Source: Thalassospira sp.
Lineage (GTDB): Bacteria; Pseudomonadota; Alphaproteobacteria; Rhodospirillales; Thalassospiraceae
Assembly: GCF_048059015.1 (NCBI RefSeq)
Contig: NZ_JBLLNT010000005.1
Location: 172,034-236,033, forward strand
Reading direction: 5' to 3'
DNA: 64,000 bases
Below the pieces are notes generated by a model that did no database searches, was not told the DNA's origin, and saw nothing but the letters and a program-made list of their open reading frames with translations. The first letter of the stretch is position 1; every line of letters begins with the position of its first letter. The translations under genes were made by a program, and so were the position numbers. Of the stretch, positions 58,037 to 64,000 are shown one piece after another.

Positions 58037-58112
58037 TGGCGTCCCCTAGGGGATTCGAACCCCTGTTGCCGCCGTGAAAGGGCAGTGTCCTAGGCCTCTA
58101 GACGAAGGGGAC
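58037..58112 (-). tRNA. tRNA-Glu(UUC), copy 1
   Basis: Identical 76-nt copy. Confidence 0.97.
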
Positions 58113-58347
58113 GCAGCGCGTTAACGAGGCCGGTTTTTAGCGATTGGGTCGGGATAGGTCAAGCGGCTTTTTCACCCCTGTGACGTTTTTTTTAATCCCC
58201 CACCAAAAAAGGGGCCTTAACCCGCCAAAAGCCGGAAAAACCACGCCTTGATGTTTAACCGGACGGTTTATTTAACCACCCTCCCCTCAAAAGAGGGCGC
58301 ATCGGCAGTCCTTCAAGGCATCGATTTGGGCAAAAATAAATTTTGGA

Positions 58348-59598
58348 TCAACGACTTTTGCGTCGCGCACCGAACCAGAAGCTGACCCCCGCTACACCAA
58401 GGCCGATTCCCAAAAAGATGAACATCATGCGATATCCAACTGGCGATCCGGCTTCAAACTGGCCAATGATCAAGCCGGCGATGCCTTGCAAGACAAAAAG
58501 CCCGGCAAAGGTCGCAAGATTGATCGTGGTCAGAGCCCGCCCGATTTGATGTTCAGGAACGGCTTCGCGTGATGCGGCATAGTTCAATGTTGCACTTGAT
58601 CCAAGGAAGCCGTGCAGCAGCAGCAACAAGGCCGCTGCCCACACGCCCACTGGCCCAATGAAGGCCTGCAGCAAACAGGCGACAGCGCCTACCAGAACCG
58701 CAAATACAATCAGCTCATGCGTCTTGCCAGGCAACATGCGTTTAAGTTGGCCATAAGTCGGCGGCCCAACGATCATGCCAATCGTCATAACCAAAAGAAC
58801 GTTACCGACTTCCACAGCACTCAGATCAAACACATCATGCAAATACGGTCCGCCCCAAAGTCCACGAACCGTCAGGATCGCCGGATAGCTAAAGAAAGCC
58901 ACCCCAACCAGAAGCCAGACTTGCCTGTTCTTCCAGACCGAGACCATGCCGCGCAGCACATCAAGCACGGTCTCGCCTTTTTGGTCATGCGCCTCTTTGC
59001 CCGGCGGGGTATCGCGCACAAACAAAAAATCGAGTACCACCGCAAGCAAGCTTAAGCCTGCCAAGCCGTAATAGACCGTCCGCCAACCATGCGTTTCAAC
59101 CAATGCCGCCAGTGGGGTTGCCGATGCCAACACCCCCATGAGGCTGAAGGATACGATCAAGCCGGATGCAGCAGCAAACTTTTCGGGTGCTGTCCAGCGC
59201 GCTGCCAAAACGAGCGCCGCCATAAAGGCCGCAGAGCAACCAAGGCCAATCACCGCTTGTCCGACCATCAATCCAAGCACACTTTGCGCATTGGCAAAGA
59301 TGATCACACCAATCACGGTCACCATCATCAGCATGCCATTGGTCAATCGCGGGCCGTAGCGATCCAGCATCACACCAACCGGGATTTGCATCAGGGCAAA
59401 GGCAAAATGGAAGCTGCCCGAAATCAGACCGATCTGTTCTGGGGTAACGGCCAATTCATCGCGAAGCGGTCCTGCCAGAAGTGCCTGAGCTGAGCGGAAA
59501 AACTGGCTTAGCGAGAATGCCAGCAAAATGGGCGCAAGCACCCGAAGGAAGGTCAGCGTCGTGTGGGACGGTAAGCTTGGTTTTGCGTGATCTGTCAT
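58348..59598 (-). CDS. MFS transporter
   Basis: About 12 TM helices, motif A GVMLDRYGPR. Confidence 0.92.
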   Translation of the reverse strand: MTDHAKPSLPSHTTLTFLRVLAPILLAFSLSQFFRSAQALLAGPLRDELAVTPEQIGLISGSFHFAFALMQIPVGVMLDRYGPRLTNGMLMMVTVIGVIIFANAQSVLGLMVGQAVIGLGCSAAFMAALVLAARWTAPEKFAAASGLIVSFSLMGVLASATPLAALVETHGWRTVYYGLAGLSLLAVVLDFLFVRDTPPGKEAHDQKGETVLDVLRGMVSVWKNRQVWLLVGVAFFSYPAILTVRGLWGGPYLHDVFDLSAVEVGNVLLVMTIGMIVGPPTYGQLKRMLPGKTHELIVFAVLVGAVACLLQAFIGPVGVWAAALLLLLHGFLGSSATLNYAASREAVPEHQIGRALTTINLATFAGLFVLQGIAGLIIGQFEAGSPVGYRMMFIFLGIGLGVAGVSFWFGARRKSR

Positions 59599-59703
59599 GA
59601 TGTCTTCTGGGATAATCCCATCCCGACACAACGGCAAGCAATTGCGCGACATGGCAAATATGCACGCAAGGCGGGATCATGACCGTCTTACGAAAAATCG
59701 GCG

Positions 59704-60561
59704 TCACTGACTGACAGAAAGGCTTTCGGAAATGCGGGGCTGCTGCCCCTGTATCACGCCATACTGCGACATGACGCGATCAAACTGTCCGTGGCTGCGA
59801 ATGTGGTCATAGGCGTCCTGCCAGACTTTCACAACGACATCAGATGTATTCTTGGAAAAGGCCAGATACAGATCACCGCTTGAGAACTGATAGACCATTT
59901 CAATGTCGCTTCGTGTCAGCGGACTTTCGACAAGTTGCTCAAACAGTTCGACATCTGAGGACACCAGAAGATCAATGCGCCCGGTCGCCAACATATGAAC
60001 ACCACCACGCGGATTATGGATCGGTTCCAGGTTTTCAAATCCATAGGACCGTAATGCCTGTTCATCCGCACCACCGGCCTGCACCCCAATCGATCCGGCA
60101 TTGCGCAGATCATTAAGGCTTTGAACCGGATGCGGCGTATTTTCCAGCTGATAGATACCTGCATTGGCAGGAACGATCGGGCCAACCCAATGATAACTGT
60201 CTTCGCGTTGTGGCGTGCGGGTCATGGAAAAGACAGCGATGTTTTCTTCTTCGTCAATCCGTTGCAGAACGCGCTTCCAAGCCATCGACTGGATTGGTTT
60301 GCCATATCCAATATGGGCCGCCATCGCCTGAACCACCTCGGCACCAATACCGCGCAGATGACCATTTTCATCAAGATAGTTAAACGGTCGATATTCTTCG
60401 GTCAGAAGCGTGACAGTTAGTGCCTGCACAATGGCGGATGGTTCATCAACCACGACTTCATGCGCCAACGCAGGCGCAGGTACAGATACAGCACCAATGA
60501 CCACGCCAAAAATGGCGGATCTCAGACCACGAAGAATGGATGTTTCGATACTGTGAAACAA
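59704..60561 (-). CDS. Family-3 periplasmic substrate-binding protein
   Basis: TEEYRPFNY, WKRV, MTRTPQRE, YLAFSK; TTG start. Confidence 0.85.
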   Translation of the reverse strand: MFHSIETSILRGLRSAIFGVVIGAVSVPAPALAHEVVVDEPSAIVQALTVTLLTEEYRPFNYLDENGHLRGIGAEVVQAMAAHIGYGKPIQSMAWKRVLQRIDEEENIAVFSMTRTPQREDSYHWVGPIVPANAGIYQLENTPHPVQSLNDLRNAGSIGVQAGGADEQALRSYGFENLEPIHNPRGGVHMLATGRIDLLVSSDVELFEQLVESPLTRSDIEMVYQFSSGDLYLAFSKNTSDVVVKVWQDAYDHIRSHGQFDRVMSQYGVIQGQQPRISESLSVSQ

Positions 60562-60666
60562 TAGCGCGACCGGATCAATTCAAGGGAACAGCCTATCCAC
60601 ATGAATTATCAGCATTCCCGGTATTTGGCAATGCAACACGTTAAACCATTGTATAGACAGATTACC

Positions 60667-62457
60667 TCAAACAGGCAGTGCGACATCGTCAATGATCAGC
60701 TGAACACCATCGCGTCCCTGCCAGGTATCACGCCTGAGATGGCCCAGAACATGTAACGGACGCCCGCCATGCTTGATCAGGGTCTGGCCCATATCATTAT
60801 CGAGACAGCGGAACGCAATTGCCTTGAGCCGTCCCTGCCCGTTTGCCCCGGTAAGGATACAGCGCACATGATCAGCGCCAACAACATCGGCCTTCACCGC
60901 CCGGCAATCAACAAACACAAAGCGTGGCTCGGCATTACCCGCCCCAAATGGCCCAAGCTTTTCAAGCGCATCAATCAGATCAAGCGTCGCACCATTGGCA
61001 TGAAGTGCCCCATCAACTGTGATGGTCGGTCGGATATCGTTTTCAGCAATGATTTTGGCAAAGCGTGCTTCAAGAAACGCTTCAAACTCATCACGCTTTT
61101 CCGGATCAAGGGTAAAGCCCGCCGCCATACCATGCCCGCCACCATTAACCAGAAGCCCCGCCTGCCGTGCCGCAATGATGGCAGCCCCAAGGTCAATACC
61201 ACGCACAGAACGGGCTGATCCCTTATAGACCCCATCGACAAGCCCCATCACAAGGGATGGCAGGTGGTAGCGGTCCTTAAGGCGGCTTGCAACAATACCG
61301 ATCACGCCGGGATGCCAGTCATCCCCGCCAACCAGGACCATTGATCCGACTTTTGATTTGCCTTCGACCGCACTGATCGCCTGATCCAGAACGATATCTT
61401 CGATCGCTTTACGTTCGCGATTGTATTCATCAAGCTTGCGCGCGATATCAAGCGCCTGCGCCGGGTTTTCACCCGAAAGCAGGGTCGTACCCAGAAAACT
61501 CTCGCCAACGCGCCCACCGGCATTCACACGGGGCCCCAGAACATATCCAAGATGATAGGCACTGGGCGTTTCATTCACCCCGGCAATATCAGCAAGCGAC
61601 GTCATGCCGATATTACTGCGATGCTTCATCACCTTCAGACCCTGCGTCACGAACGCCCGGTTCAGCCCACGCAACGGCACCACGTCACACACGGTACCGA
61701 GTGCAACCAAATCCAGCCAGTTGCGCAAATCCGGTGCACGAACGCCCGCCTTTTCCAGCCAGCCGCGATTACGCAGTTCCCGCAACATCGCCACACATAA
61801 AAGAAACGCCACACCAGCCGCACATAAATGGCCAAGGCCACTATCATCATCCAGACGGTTGGGGTTCACAACGGCAACAGCGGGCGGCAATTCCGGCTCT
61901 GCTGCGTGGTGATCAACCACAATGATCTCGATCCCGGCATCCTTGGCTTCTTGCAGCGGGGCATAGGCCGTCACACCACAGTCAACCGTCAGGATAAGGC
62001 TTGCCCCTTTGCGCTGCAGTTCCAGCAACGCTGGCGCATTCGGGCCATAGCCCTCTGTCATACGATCAGGGATATGCACCGGGACATCCGCGCCAAGCGC
62101 TCGGAAAAATCGTTTCAGAAGGGCTGTGCTGGTTGCGCCATCGACATCGTAATCGCCAAAAACGGCAATCTTTTCGCCCTTTTCGATCGCATCGGCGATG
62201 CGTGCGGCGGCCTTGTCCATATCCTGCAAGGAAGATGGATCGGGCATCAAATCGCGCAAGGTCGGGGACAGGAAGCTTTCAGCATCGTCAAGGTCGATGC
62301 CGCGCGCGGCCATCACACGTCCAACCACCTCGGGCACGCCAAAGCGTTGCGAGATGGTTGTCGCCAGACGTTCGTCATTCTCGCGTTCGCGCCACCATTT
62401 TCCGGTAACGGATCGCTCGATCCCCATAAAGGTCTTTTCTTGCGCATGATCTGTCAT
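60667..62457 (-). CDS. recJ: ssDNA-specific exonuclease RecJ
   Basis: GDYDVDG, TVDCG, VDHH, GSARS, GGHGMAAG. Confidence 0.96.
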   Translation of the reverse strand: MTDHAQEKTFMGIERSVTGKWWRERENDERLATTISQRFGVPEVVGRVMAARGIDLDDAESFLSPTLRDLMPDPSSLQDMDKAAARIADAIEKGEKIAVFGDYDVDGATSTALLKRFFRALGADVPVHIPDRMTEGYGPNAPALLELQRKGASLILTVDCGVTAYAPLQEAKDAGIEIIVVDHHAAEPELPPAVAVVNPNRLDDDSGLGHLCAAGVAFLLCVAMLRELRNRGWLEKAGVRAPDLRNWLDLVALGTVCDVVPLRGLNRAFVTQGLKVMKHRSNIGMTSLADIAGVNETPSAYHLGYVLGPRVNAGGRVGESFLGTTLLSGENPAQALDIARKLDEYNRERKAIEDIVLDQAISAVEGKSKVGSMVLVGGDDWHPGVIGIVASRLKDRYHLPSLVMGLVDGVYKGSARSVRGIDLGAAIIAARQAGLLVNGGGHGMAAGFTLDPEKRDEFEAFLEARFAKIIAENDIRPTITVDGALHANGATLDLIDALEKLGPFGAGNAEPRFVFVDCRAVKADVVGADHVRCILTGANGQGRLKAIAFRCLDNDMGQTLIKHGGRPLHVLGHLRRDTWQGRDGVQLIIDDVALPV

Positions 62458-62529
62458 GACCAATGAAATAGCGCAATCCGGGGCCTGCTTAAACCTGATA
62501 ATTTTCATGCATGGGAAGTTTCGCGCAAA

Positions 62530-63069
62530 CTAGCCCCGCGGATTATCCCCGCACCATTTCAAAACGTTTTCCGCATCTGCTGCCGGGTCGTCGACCGGAT
62601 AGAACACCTTGGTGATTTTGCCATCGTCAATCACCATGGTCAGGCGTTGAAACAGGCGCATGCCATCGGCTTTGAAATCGGGCATGGCCATCAATTCCTT
62701 AAAGCGATGCTCGCTATCTGACAGCAAGGCAAATGGCAGGTGCAAACGTTCTGCCGCTTCTTTCTGATAATCTGTCGTCTGGCTTGAAAGCCCAAACAGG
62801 TTCTCAACACCAACAGCACGGAGTTCTGCCGCGTGATCGCGGAACGAACAGGATTGCGGCGTACAGCCCTTGGCACCTGGGATTTCATCCCAGCCTTCCG
62901 GTGATGGCACACCGGGCTCCGCTGTGCGGGGATAGGCATATACAACCGTGCGCCCTGCCACCGTCGAGAGGTCAACCGATACGTCATTGGTGGCAGGTAA
63001 CGCCATTGCAGGCAGCATCTGCCCCGTCAGACGTTCAATCACATGTGCAGCACTTTCCGAACTCATCAT
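62530..63069 (-). CDS. Peroxiredoxin (BCP-like)
   Basis: YAYPRT, PGAKGCTPQSCSFRD, RLTMVI. Confidence 0.9.
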   Translation of the reverse strand: MMSSESAAHVIERLTGQMLPAMALPATNDVSVDLSTVAGRTVVYAYPRTAEPGVPSPEGWDEIPGAKGCTPQSCSFRDHAAELRAVGVENLFGLSSQTTDYQKEAAERLHLPFALLSDSEHRFKELMAMPDFKADGMRLFQRLTMVIDDGKITKVFYPVDDPAADAENVLKWCGDNPRG

Positions 63070-63264
63070 GATCCTCCCAGGATGCCAAGCGGGCCTTTAT
63101 CACAGAGATGGTCTTTAGACCCTTTGACATTGAAGATAAGTCTGATTTCAGCCCGGCAAAAGATCGAGTGATTTCGCATCGTGAAAAACAATCAGAATAC
63201 GCGCAGCATTTGCACACCCGCCAAAGTTGTGCAAACTGGCGAAACAACAAAACGGATACGAGCA

Positions 63265-63582
63265 ATGCCCCACAAAAAAGGCCTTCGGATCGGATTAACC
63301 ATCCTGTCCGTGATCGGTGCCGTGATTTCGATGCCATTGGTGATGTTTTCGCCAATGATGTTTGACGCACCGGGATCAAATGAAAACGCCCTCACCCAAT
63401 TCCTGTTTTTCAGCGTTTTGGCATTTCCGGTGCTGTGCCTGATGGGCGGCATTCTGCCCTGGAAATTCAGACACAACCCGAAATCAATCTGGCTGTATGG
63501 GCTCAGTGGCCTTGCCATCGCATTAATCGTAGTGGCGGCGGCATTGCTGGAACTTCAGTGTGGTGGCGATTTCTCGTGTTAA
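63265..63582 (+). CDS. Small membrane protein
   Basis: Three hydrophobic segments, PMMFDAPGS; start uncertain. Confidence 0.6.
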   Translation: MPHKKGLRIGLTILSVIGAVISMPLVMFSPMMFDAPGSNENALTQFLFFSVLAFPVLCLMGGILPWKFRHNPKSIWLYGLSGLAIALIVVAAALLELQCGGDFSC

Positions 63583-63631
63583 ATTACGTAACAGTTAGAC
63601 TGTCTATGACTGACTACGGAGATCGTCAACA

Positions 63632-64000
63632 ATGTCGATAACATCAACAATTCCCACTTTAGAAGTTAAAGGTTTGGGAAAACATGAGTGGGGTATTTCT
63701 CGCGCAAGATTGAATATCAAGAATCGAAACGGTGTAAACCGTTATGAAGTCGCGAAACTCACCAATCTAAACAATAACAAGAGTACATTAGTACTCCTAC
63801 TTGGACATGACGATGAAACAGGGATTTATCTCGACTTTGATACCAGAGACGAATTAGGTCTAGAGAAAGGCGAAAAAGTTCAAATTTCAGCTACCAAAGT
63901 ACGCCTGTTCAGTAAGCTACTATGGTATCTAAAAACAAAAGATCCGATGATCCATATCCCAGCATGCTTAGCGGTTCTCTCCATCGCGCTAAGTATTATA
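63632..64000 (+). pseudogene. AT-rich frameshifted hypothetical gene (3' truncated by window)
   Basis: ATG 63632 (SD GGAG) reads MSITSTIPTLEVKGLGKHE then stops at 63712; a second frame is open from 63688 to the window end. Confidence 0.5.

Noticed and set aside
57816-58112. CRISPR-like layout of identical repeats with 32-37-nt unique spacers
   Set aside because: The repeats are complete 76-nt tRNA-Glu genes and no cas genes are present

Overview
64 kb of mostly core chromosome from an alphaproteobacterium. Gene content, GTTC-N7-GTTC LexA boxes and moderate GC suggest a marine Rhodospirillales member such as Thalassospira (inference). The window holds translation and quality-control genes (tyrS, alaX, rpmF, five tRNAs), sulfur and amino-acid enzymes, a divergent zinc locus (zur-znuCB / hisI-COG0523), a TPP-riboswitch thiamine-precursor ABC transporter, c-di-GMP and two-component signalling, a heme-c chemoreceptor, motAB, dinB and recJ. 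No integrase, transposase or CRISPR array was seen; AT-rich patches lie beside tRNA-Arg and at the window end. The most striking unannotated element is upstream of tyrS: a 16-codon leader peptide with tandem Tyr codons inside a complete pause/antiterminator/terminator structure, i.e. an apparent tyrosine-sensing ribosome-dependent attenuator. Other leads are an orphan Zur-type palindrome between convergent genes, a pair of winged-helix ORFans with shared upstream motifs, an HTH-citrate synthase fusion with a palindromic operator, an orphan Panacea-domain gene and two disrupted genes missed by the ORF track. Product calls come from motif recognition by eye; no database search was run.
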